This document shows, piece after piece, positions 8,084-15,543 of a DNA stretch of 49,478 nucleotides. A program made the translations under genes and the position numbers. The notes beneath the pieces were generated by a model, which worked only from the letters and a program-made list of their open reading frames with translations, ran no database searches and was not told where the DNA came from. The stretch covers positions 1-49,478 of the forward strand of contig JBNMND010000002.1 in the NCBI GenBank assembly GCA_051274975.1, given 5' to 3'. This stretch comes from Planctomycetota bacterium. Lineage in GTDB: Bacteria > Planctomycetota > UBA1135 > UBA2386. Numbering within the stretch: the first letter of the stretch is position 1; every line of letters starts with the position of its first letter.

Positions 8084-9664
8084 CTACTTGCGCTTCAGAG
8101 TGCGAATCGCCGCTCGCACCGCCTGTTCGTCCTCTTTGGTGCTGCCAAAGCCATCGATCACGAGCAACAAGTCTTTGTACAGCTGCACGTGCACGACCCG
8201 GCGGCGCGGACTGTCTGGCCGATCGGGATTCGTTTGCAGCAGCATCAAGGTGCGGCACATCGAGCCATCGGGGCATGTATGCCACTTCGCTTCCTGACTG
8301 GCAGATTGCTCCTTGTCGAAAGCAAGACCGTGCTTTTTGCGATGGTGGTTGAGCCAGCGATCGGAAGTTGCCTTGGTCCATACCGCCATGCCGGCGGGCA
8401 CCTGGTGGCCAATCAGCCACATGCTGCTCGCATTCGGGCTCGCCCAACGAACCCGGAACATTGATCCGCCGGGCAGTTGCTTGGTCTTCCAACCGTCGGG
8501 GCCGTCGAGCTGCAGGTCGAATCGATCGTTGCGGTAGGTCGATCCTTCGATCATACCACCGGTGTGTATGCGCAGCGGCCGCGTCGCGAGTTGGGCGTCC
8601 TTGCAGTCGACCTCAAGCAGCATGTAGCTCATGAACAACTTGTCGACGGACTTCTGATGGCGGCTCAGCGATGCTTTGCTGGTGCGCACGAGCAACACAT
8701 GCTGCACGCCACCGAACGCAACCACGTGGAAGATCGTGACGTCGCCGCCGGCTTCTTCGTGATCGAGCGGCAGTTCAACGACTAGCCGCGCCGAGTCCAT
8801 GCCTTTTGGCGGCTTCTTCTTGTGCATCGGCGGTACCCAGTGGGAAGGGATGCCGATCTTGGCGCTCGGCTCAATCTTCGCGAAGGCCTTCGCAAGCTTC
8901 AACACGACCGCCGTTGCATTGATCGGTTCGCTTGGCACTTGCACGTACACATCGCAAACGACGTCGGTGCCGATCAGGTAAAAGCTGGCGGACTCGAGTG
9001 CCAGACCACGTTCGCGCCGCAGCGGCACGCACAAGAAGCCATCGACGCCGCCGATCTCGTAGTTGCACGGCGGGCAACGGAACTTCGCATCCGTGACGCA
9101 GTGAACCCGCGGCGGCATGTCTATTTCGAACGTCGGCACGACGCCGCTATCCGCTCCGGGCTTGGCGCTGTTGCGAACGGCCAGGTAGGTGTCTTCGGTG
9201 TGGTTGTGCGGCTTGCCGGGCTTCTTCGTCTTTGGGTCGAGCTTGCCTGGCCAGCTAGTGATGTGGCGGACACGCACGACGGTGCGGTCATCGAACACCA
9301 TTGGGCCTGCGACGATCGAGGACTTGCGCGATCGGTTCTTGCCCGAGAGCTTTAGCAGCAATTCAAGGTGGCGGCCGAGCATCGCCAGCGCGCCTTCGTG
9401 GTCGGGCGCAAACTTGGCCATGTAGGCCTTGATGTCACCCTTGAGGAATAGCTGGTCGAGGTCCGCAATCAGCGGCTTGATCTTGGTCAGCGGGACCTGA
9501 TTACTTGCCTTGTTCGCTGCGGTATCCGCCGAGTTTGCTGTTTGGCTGCGAACGGTGCCGCTGGTCGTTACGAGGCTAATGACTGCATAGGCGCAAAGGC
9601 ACGGCAGCAACGCGAGCAGGGCTCGGCTCTTCTGCAGCCCAGCAATCGGTAGCGAAGCGATCAT
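8084..9664 (-). CDS. Secreted hypothetical protein (526 aa) downstream of an ECF sigma/anti-sigma pair.
   Basis: The track ORF 8084..9916 was trimmed to the ATG at 9664 (MIASLPIAGLQKSRALLALLPCLCAYAV, a signal-like sequence). That ATG overlaps the TGA of the upstream gene (ATGA). The discarded N-terminal 84 aa are Arg-rich and overlap the anti-sigma ORF. I recognised no domain. Confidence 0.75.
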   Translation of the reverse strand: MIASLPIAGLQKSRALLALLPCLCAYAVISLVTTSGTVRSQTANSADTAANKASNQVPLTKIKPLIADLDQLFLKGDIKAYMAKFAPDHEGALAMLGRHLELLLKLSGKNRSRKSSIVAGPMVFDDRTVVRVRHITSWPGKLDPKTKKPGKPHNHTEDTYLAVRNSAKPGADSGVVPTFEIDMPPRVHCVTDAKFRCPPCNYEIGGVDGFLCVPLRRERGLALESASFYLIGTDVVCDVYVQVPSEPINATAVVLKLAKAFAKIEPSAKIGIPSHWVPPMHKKKPPKGMDSARLVVELPLDHEEAGGDVTIFHVVAFGGVQHVLLVRTSKASLSRHQKSVDKLFMSYMLLEVDCKDAQLATRPLRIHTGGMIEGSTYRNDRFDLQLDGPDGWKTKQLPGGSMFRVRWASPNASSMWLIGHQVPAGMAVWTKATSDRWLNHHRKKHGLAFDKEQSASQEAKWHTCPDGSMCRTLMLLQTNPDRPDSPRRRVVHVQLYKDLLLVIDGFGSTKEDEQAVRAAIRTLKRK

Positions 9665-10425
9665 CGCAGCTCCTCGCTGTCGGTGTCGCTGATCAGCCAC
9701 AGGCCATCGACCGGTTCGTCGAATATCGCGAAGGGTTCTTCGTCGTCGGCAACGCGCGCCAGGATGGCGGACATTGGACTGGTCGAACTCGCGTATGCGA
9801 CGGCTGGCGAGGCTTGGTCGGCGAGGCGCACTTCGAGTGGCTTGCGGATATCGCCGGTCAACCTGACCCACAGCAGCGCGGCGGCTGCTGCGCCGACGAG
9901 GCCGAACACCGTCCAATTCTGGCGGCGCCTGTGGTGATCCAGGGGTGCTTGCAGTGGTGCGTGAGCACCGGTCCGTTTTGAATCGCTGCTGCCATCTTGC
10001 AGGGCCGCCAGTGTGCGCGAAACAAACTCGGTGGAGGGTTCCGGCGCGACGTAGCGGGATAGCATCTTTTGCCAGCGTTGACGGCGTTCTTCGATGACCT
10101 TCTGCACGGCCTTGTCGACGAACGAGTCGCTGGGCTTTGGTGCGCCGAACTGCTGCAGAACTTCGGTTGGCAATGCCTGGTCGAGTTCGGCAATTTGGGC
10201 GTCGAGATTGAGGTCGTCCTGGCGAGCACTCATCACGCGGTCGGCGAATGAAGTGCTGCTCGAATCGCCATCCTGTGAGCCAGACTTCTGCTGATCAGAC
10301 TTCTGGGTGTCCGCATCCTGCAGGTCAGGCAACGGTTGCTTGAGCCAGGTGTCTTCGCTCGGGAAGCGGCGCACGGCGTCGAGCTCATCAAAGTGCTCGT
10401 CTTGCTGTTCGTCGTGATTACTCAT
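9661..10425 (-). CDS. Putative anti-sigma factor: single-pass membrane protein with an acidic cytoplasmic N-terminus.
   Basis: It lies immediately downstream of the ECF sigma gene with a 4-nt ATGA overlap at 10422-10425. It has one predicted TM (WTVFGLVGAAAAALLWV). No zf-HC2 motif was seen, so the assignment rests on context only. Confidence 0.6.
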   Translation of the reverse strand: MSNHDEQQDEHFDELDAVRRFPSEDTWLKQPLPDLQDADTQKSDQQKSGSQDGDSSSTSFADRVMSARQDDLNLDAQIAELDQALPTEVLQQFGAPKPSDSFVDKAVQKVIEERRQRWQKMLSRYVAPEPSTEFVSRTLAALQDGSSDSKRTGAHAPLQAPLDHHRRRQNWTVFGLVGAAAAALLWVRLTGDIRKPLEVRLADQASPAVAYASSTSPMSAILARVADDEEPFAIFDEPVDGLWLISDTDSEELR

Positions 10426-11003
10426 GCGCCTGCCTCCAAGTATGGAGCGAGCTGTTTGCGTAGCGACTCTTTGGCTCGGAATAGGCGGGACTTGACGGTG
10501 CCTTCGTTGACCCCAGTGATTCCCGCGATCTCGCGGTAGTCGAGACTCTCGTATTCACGCAGGATGAAGACCATGCGTTGGTCTTCGCCGAGGGTGGCGA
10601 GCGCTTCGCTAATGCGGCGGCCGAGCTCGGTGTTTTCGAGGTCCTCGGTTGGCTGCAGTTCGCGATTGTCAGGGAAGTCACGATCGGTTTCGTCGGCGCC
10701 GACCGCGTGCATGCTGGTCGTCTTTAGCCGCCGCTTCTTGAGCACGTCGAAGCAGTGGTTGCGAACGAACGTGTAAACCCACGTCGTAAACTTGGCGCGG
10801 CTGGGGTCGAACTTGTCGATAGCACGGAACACTTTCAAAAAGACCTCTTGAGCGAGGTCTTCGACCTCGCGGCGATATCCAGGTCCGAGAAAGCGGAAGA
10901 TCGTTGCGATCACCGGTCGGTGTAGGCCTTCCACGATGGCGCGGTTGGCATCCTCATCGCCCGATCGGGCCTTGAGGACGAGTTCGTTGGTGATTTCGGT
11001 CAT
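10422..11003 (-). CDS. ECF-type RNA polymerase sigma-70 family factor.
   Basis: Region 2 reads DLAQEVFLKVFRAI...FTTWVYTFVRNHCFDVLKKRR. The region 4 HTH reads YREIAGITGVNEGTVKSRLFRAKESLRKQL. Confidence 0.9.
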   Translation of the reverse strand: MTEITNELVLKARSGDEDANRAIVEGLHRPVIATIFRFLGPGYRREVEDLAQEVFLKVFRAIDKFDPSRAKFTTWVYTFVRNHCFDVLKKRRLKTTSMHAVGADETDRDFPDNRELQPTEDLENTELGRRISEALATLGEDQRMVFILREYESLDYREIAGITGVNEGTVKSRLFRAKESLRKQLAPYLEAGA

Positions 11004-11037
11004 CTTCGAGAGTGGCTATTAAGGAAGAGGCCGCTTG

Positions 11038-11064
11038 TTTCGAGCCACCGTGTCTGTGGTTCCA
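11038..11064 (-). promoter_or_regulatory. Candidate autoregulated ECF-type promoter (GGAACC - about 15 nt - TCGAAA) upstream of the sigma gene.
   Basis: The minus strand reads TGGAACCACAGACACGGTGGCTCGAAAC, about 30 nt upstream of the ATG at 11003. It resembles the GGAAC-N16-TCnAA class of ECF promoters. This is a pattern match only. Confidence 0.3.
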
Positions 11065-11158
11065 AGGAATCCCAACGTTTGGGGTGGATCGACGCGATTC
11101 GAGGGGCGGCTTGTGGCTGGTGAGGCCCTGGCGCTCAATGCGCGCCGGGTGGTCCGGG

Positions 11159-12610
11159 TCACATGCTGTAGCGGATCAGGTCCTCGTCATCGCCGGTTTC
11201 GCCCAGCTGCTCGTTCACCAGCGCCTCGTCGATGACGATCTTTTGGCCACTGCGCTCGCTGGCGTCGAACGACAGGTCCTCGAGACACTTCTCAAGAATG
11301 GTCATTAGGCGGCGGGCGCCGATGTCCTGGGTGGTCTGGTTGGCGCGGAAGGCCAAGTTGGCGAGCCGGCGTAGGCCGTCGTCGGTGAAGGTCAGTCCGA
11401 CGTTCTCGGTCTCGAACAGCGCGACGTATTGGCGGGTTAGCGCGTTCTTGGGCTCCGACAAGATCTTCACGAAGTCGTCTTCAGTCAGCGACTGCAGCGC
11501 GACGCGCACTGGGAAGCGACCTTGCAGCTCCGGAATTAGTTCGGATGGCTTGTGGAAGTGGAACGCACCCGCTGCCAGGAACAGCATGTGGTCGGTGCGC
11601 ACGTGGCCGTAGCGGGTGTAGACGGCGCAGCCTTCGACGACCGACAGCAGGTCGCGTTGTACACCTTCGCGTGACACGTCGGGGCCGTCACTGCCACCGG
11701 AGCTGACGATCTTGTCGATCTCGTCGACGAATACGATGCCGTCGTTTTGGGCGCGGTCGAGCGCTTCTTGTACGATGGCGTCCTGGTCGAGCAGTTTGTC
11801 GGCTTCTTCGTCGTGAATGATGGAGCGCGCTTCCTTGATGGTCAGCTTGCGCACCTTGGTCTTGTTGCCTGGCGAGCGACCCCACATCTCCTGCAGCGCG
11901 GCCGCGTCGATGCCCATCGTCTCGTTGCCTTGCGGGCCCATGACGCTCAGCGTTGGCGTTGCCGAGTCGGCGATTTCGACTTCGACCGAACGGCCTTCGA
12001 GGCGGCGTTCGCGCAGGTCGTTGCGCAGCGCGATGCGTGCTTGCTCGCGCTCGGCGAGGTCCTTCGGCGAGTCGTGGTCGAAGTCATCGCCGTCGTCTTC
12101 TGGCTTGGCCAATGGACGCCAGAAACCGCCTTCCATAATGCCCGGCATGCCGACGCTGCCGTCTTGGTATTCCTCAAGGCCGAGCTCTTCGAGCAGTGCT
12201 GCGAAGATGCGGTCTTCGGCGGCCTCGCCAGCGAGCTTGTCGACTTCCTTGATCTTCTCGGTGCGCACCAACGCGATCGCAGAGTCGACCATGTCGCGCA
12301 CCATCGATTCGACATCGCGTCCGTGGTAGCCGGTCTCGCTGTACTTGGTCGCTTCGACTTTGACGAACGGCGCGCGCGCCAGGGTCGCCAACCGGCGGGC
12401 AATCTCAGTCTTGCCAACGCCGGTGGGGCCGATCAGTAGAATGTTCTTTGGATAGACTTCCGCCGCGACTTCGGGACCGAGCTGGCGTCGACGCCAGCGG
12501 TTGCGCAGCGCCACGGCGACGGCTCGCTTGGCTTTGGGTTGGCCGATGATGTAGTCATCGAGTCGGCTGGTAATCTCGCGAGGAGTGAGGTCTTTGGCAA
12601 AGTCGGTCAT
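11159..12610 (-). CDS. hslU: ATP-dependent protease ATPase subunit HslU.
   Basis: MTDFAKDLTPREITSRLDDYIIGQPKAKRAVAVALRNRWRR matches the canonical HslU N-terminus. Also present are Walker A (GPTGVGKTEIARRLA), Walker B (IVFVDEIDKI) and the C-terminal sensor region. The track ORF was trimmed from 12664 to the ATG at 12610, because the extension runs into an inverted repeat. Confidence 0.92.
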   Translation of the reverse strand: MTDFAKDLTPREITSRLDDYIIGQPKAKRAVAVALRNRWRRRQLGPEVAAEVYPKNILLIGPTGVGKTEIARRLATLARAPFVKVEATKYSETGYHGRDVESMVRDMVDSAIALVRTEKIKEVDKLAGEAAEDRIFAALLEELGLEEYQDGSVGMPGIMEGGFWRPLAKPEDDGDDFDHDSPKDLAEREQARIALRNDLRERRLEGRSVEVEIADSATPTLSVMGPQGNETMGIDAAALQEMWGRSPGNKTKVRKLTIKEARSIIHDEEADKLLDQDAIVQEALDRAQNDGIVFVDEIDKIVSSGGSDGPDVSREGVQRDLLSVVEGCAVYTRYGHVRTDHMLFLAAGAFHFHKPSELIPELQGRFPVRVALQSLTEDDFVKILSEPKNALTRQYVALFETENVGLTFTDDGLRRLANLAFRANQTTQDIGARRLMTILEKCLEDLSFDASERSGQKIVIDEALVNEQLGETGDDEDLIRYSM

Positions 12611-12635
12611 CAGAGGGCAGGGAGCATAGCGCTGC

Positions 12636-12711
12636 TTGCGTACTGTACCCGGTTCAAACCGCAACCCGCACTTGCGCGCAGGTTGTGGTTTGAACCGGGT
12701 ACAGTACGCAA
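12636..12711. repeat. Near-perfect inverted repeat (foldback) with 31-nt arms and a 14-nt spacer.
   Basis: Arm 1 (12636-12666) is ttgcgtactgtacccggttcaaaccgcaacc. Arm 2 (12681-12711) is ggttgtggtttgaaccgggtacagtacgcaa. There is one mismatch, which would be a G:U pair in the minus-strand RNA. The element ends 25 nt upstream of the hslU ATG. Confidence 0.85.
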
Positions 12712-12739
12712 ACTCCGATGGGGCTTGGGGGCAAACGAC

Positions 12740-12764
12740 AACCGGCGCCTGTGAGGCGCCGGTT
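12740..12764 (-). terminator. GC-rich hairpin (10-bp stem), candidate terminator after the zinc-ribbon gene.
   Basis: Sequence is aaccggcgcc-tgtga-ggcgccggtt. On the minus strand it is followed by GTCGTTTGCC, a weak T tract. Confidence 0.4.
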
Positions 12765-12772
12765 ATTGGGTC

Positions 12773-12796
12773 CGCCGGAACCGTGAGGTTCCGGCG
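12773..12796 (-). terminator. GC-rich hairpin (10-bp stem, 4-nt loop) 20 nt after the stop of the 12817..14010 gene.
   Basis: Sequence is cgccggaacc-gtga-ggttccggcg. No T tract follows on the minus strand, so it could be a stabiliser or pause element rather than a terminator. Confidence 0.35.
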
Positions 12797-12816
12797 TTAC
12801 TGGAGGGTCGGGTTGC

Positions 12817-14010
12817 TTAGCCCTGCTTGGCCTTGGCGCGGGCGCGCTTCTTCGTGGTGAAGGTTGCTTCGTCGGGCCACGTCTTGAGCACCTTCATCCA
12901 CGCGTTGACGGACTTGGTGTTCCATAGCGCCTTGGCTGGGTGCATTTCCTCGTCGGCTTGCACCGCGGCGTAGCCAGCGTTGAGACCACCAGTGATGTCT
13001 TCGATCGCTTTGTTCAGTTCGAAGCCGAAGGCGCCGTCATTCGGCTGGCGGTAGTCCAGCTTACTAAGGGTCTCGAGGATGCCGAACAGGCCGTAGTAGC
13101 CTTGATTCACGAGCTTGGCCTTGGCGCGGATGCTGCCGATGCCGCCGTCGACATCGAGTTTGCCGGCGAGTTCCATAATCTCGGCCTTCTTGGTGGCGTC
13201 GATGCTTTCGGGCCACTGGACGGCGCCATACATCTCGAGCGCCGTTCTGACCTCGCTCATGGTTTGCGGCGGGTTCTTCTGCTTCTGCCAGCGCTCCTTC
13301 TTGACGTTCGGGTCGCCATTGTCGACTGGCGTCGGTGCTGGCTTCGCGGTTTCGGCCGGCTTGACTCCTTCTTCCGGCTTGCTGCTCGCGTCTGGCGTCG
13401 CGCCCTCATCGGGCTTGGCGTCTGGCTTTTGGCCTTCGTCCGGCGTCGCGCCTTCATCGGGCTTGGTGGCGCCCTTGTTGGCGTTCGCATCCGCGGCGTT
13501 CGCCTGCTTGTTGTCGTCCGCCGTTTCGTTGCTGTCCTTCTTGTCGTCGCCGCCCATCATCATGACGACGACAACCACGACGACTGCGAGTAGGCCGACG
13601 CCGCCGATGATCATCGGCGTGTTGTCCTTTTTCTTCTCGCGTCCCCGCCGTGGTGTGTCTTCGCCGTCGTCATCCTTGGCGCCACGGCGCGAACGGCTAC
13701 TGCCTGCGCGGGCTGGCTTGTCGGCCTTGGAACTAGCGGCGGCCTTCGGGCTTGCGGCGGCAGCTGCGGCCTTGCGACCACCGGTGCGGCTCTTGCTGCG
13801 ATCGACGGCGGGCTTGGCGGCGGCAGCGGGACGCGCTGCGGCGGGCTTCGCGGCGGCGGCAGGCGATGCGTCGCTGCCGGCGGACTCGCGCTGCTTGGCG
13901 ACGTCGATCACCGAGCCGCACTTTTGGCACTTGGCCTGCGTGCCCTTGAAGGTCGGCGGCAGTTTGTATTTTGCGCCACAATTATCGCACGTGATCGGGA
14001 TGACACTCAT
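12817..14010 (-). CDS. MJ0042-type zinc-ribbon membrane protein with Ala/Pro/Lys-rich low-complexity regions.
   Basis: The N-terminus reads MSVIPITCDNCGAKYKLPPTFKGTQAKCQKCGSVIDV (CxxC...CxxC). There is one TM (IIGGVGLLAVVVVVVVMMMGG). KPDEGATPD-type repeats are present. An AGGAG Shine-Dalgarno sequence sits 9 nt upstream of the ATG. Confidence 0.8.
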   Translation of the reverse strand: MSVIPITCDNCGAKYKLPPTFKGTQAKCQKCGSVIDVAKQRESAGSDASPAAAAKPAAARPAAAAKPAVDRSKSRTGGRKAAAAAASPKAAASSKADKPARAGSSRSRRGAKDDDGEDTPRRGREKKKDNTPMIIGGVGLLAVVVVVVVMMMGGDDKKDSNETADDNKQANAADANANKGATKPDEGATPDEGQKPDAKPDEGATPDASSKPEEGVKPAETAKPAPTPVDNGDPNVKKERWQKQKNPPQTMSEVRTALEMYGAVQWPESIDATKKAEIMELAGKLDVDGGIGSIRAKAKLVNQGYYGLFGILETLSKLDYRQPNDGAFGFELNKAIEDITGGLNAGYAAVQADEEMHPAKALWNTKSVNAWMKVLKTWPDEATFTTKKRARAKAKQG

Positions 14011-14070
14011 CTTACGGGGCTCCTAAAGTCAGTCGAATCGGTCAGGGTTGTATGTAGTGGGCAGGGACGG

Positions 14071-15390
14071 TTACTTGCCGCCGCCGCCTTCTTCTTCTTC
14101 GTCGTCTTCGAGGTTCTCGCGGCTATCGAAGAACTCATCGAGGTTGTCGTAGTAGCGATACCAATGCGCAAACCACTGTCGAATACACGACTGGCGGAGC
14201 TTCGTGTCGGTCTCGTTGTTGCCGGTTGGCCGGGATGGGTAGTTCACGGCGTAGCCAGTCCATTGGTAGAGCGCACGGTCTAGCAGGATCAGCTTCTGGT
14301 GGTTGCCGATGACATCGCCGTAGGCCTCGAACATCGCGTTGAGCACGCGTGGCACGGTGGCCTTCTTGCCGTCCTTGTCCGACGACTGGATCTTGTTGGT
14401 TGCGCGATTGAACAGCGCGCCAGGGGCATCCGGCTCAGCGGCAGCGAGAATGCCAGCGACGATTTCGTCCGCCATCGCGCGTTGCTCTGGCGTCGCCTTT
14501 TCCCAGTGGGGGACCGCGGTTGGCTTTGATTCCGCAACCTTGCGCGTGCCGGCCGAGTCAGTGATCTCGATCTCGTCAGGCTTGGCGATGTCCTTGTTGC
14601 CCTTGAAGTAAACGATGCTCGGGTCTTTGCCCGGCATGTAGACAGGCTTCTGCTTCAGCGTGAAGCTGCTGACCTTGACGGTGTCGCCATCGGCGGTGAA
14701 TGCGACCGTGAAGATGCCGGCCGTGTTTTTCTTGAACGTGTCGTCGCCAGACCTGGGGGTCACGTAGATCAAGCCAGTGCCGCTCGCGGCCGTCATGTCG
14801 GCGTCGGATTCGAGCATCGTACTGCCGCATTCCATGGTGCGCAGCAGGAGGGTTGACTTGTCTTTTTGCAGCGCGGCCATGACGGTGGCAGCATCGGCGC
14901 TCTCAAGGTTGAGATGCGCGGCCATCCCGGTCAGGTCGGTGTGGCGCGTCATCACCAGCTGGTTGTCTTTGCCAATCGACTGCGCCCACGCGGCGAGGCC
15001 GAGAGCTCGCGGGTGGTCACTCCTGCCGTACGGGGCGACCTCGATCTTGGGGTAGACCTTCTTCTTGACGGGCTCCTTGTCGCCACTCGCCATGATGAAC
15101 AACCCGATGATCGCGACCACGGCTATGCCGAAGCCGATGTAGGTCTTGGTGTGGTCGGGCGCCGTGACGCGCTTGCCGACGGTCGATTTCACGAAGAAGA
15201 CGCGGTGGCATTCGGTGCACTCGATCTTCTCGTCGAGCATGTCACTGGTGACGCGGTAGGCGGCTGCACATTGCGGGCAGCTGATGTCTAACTTGCCGTC
15301 GGTGCGTTGCCTGCCGCCCGCGCGGCCTGTGCTGGCGCGACTGGAGGAAGAGCGAGAAGATGAGCGTGCCGAGGATTGGCGTCTGGCCAC
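14071..15390 (-). CDS. Zinc-ribbon membrane protein (second of a tandem pair) with an acidic C-terminal tail.
   Basis: The track ORF 14071..16017 was trimmed, because its first 200 aa or so are antisense to uvrB. The proposed GVG start at 15390 is a GTG (MARRQSSARSSS...). Next come CPQCAAAYRV...IECTECHRVFFV and one TM (YIGFGIAVVAIIGLFIMA). The start position is uncertain. Confidence 0.7.
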   Translation of the reverse strand: MARRQSSARSSSRSSSSRASTGRAGGRQRTDGKLDISCPQCAAAYRVTSDMLDEKIECTECHRVFFVKSTVGKRVTAPDHTKTYIGFGIAVVAIIGLFIMASGDKEPVKKKVYPKIEVAPYGRSDHPRALGLAAWAQSIGKDNQLVMTRHTDLTGMAAHLNLESADAATVMAALQKDKSTLLLRTMECGSTMLESDADMTAASGTGLIYVTPRSGDDTFKKNTAGIFTVAFTADGDTVKVSSFTLKQKPVYMPGKDPSIVYFKGNKDIAKPDEIEITDSAGTRKVAESKPTAVPHWEKATPEQRAMADEIVAGILAAAEPDAPGALFNRATNKIQSSDKDGKKATVPRVLNAMFEAYGDVIGNHQKLILLDRALYQWTGYAVNYPSRPTGNNETDTKLRQSCIRQWFAHWYRYYDNLDEFFDSRENLEDDEEEEGGGGK

Positions 15391-15543
15391 GAAGGAACCT
15401 GCCGGGGGTGAGGGGTCGGGAAGCGGGCTGGGTAAAGCACGGTAAAGTGCCTTGAGGCAAGGTGTCAACGGCGGGGCGGCTCTGTCGGTTCTTCCTGTTA
15501 GCTTATCCCTCGCCAATCGGTGCAGATCGATTACACCAGGAGC

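Noticed and set aside
12718-12741. Sigma-32-like heat-shock promoter (TTGTCG-N12-CCCCAT) upstream of hslU.
   Set aside because: Only the CCCCAT core matches. The -35 is poor, the spacer is short, and I do not know whether this lineage has an RpoH-type sigma factor. I kept it only as a remark within the foldback finding.
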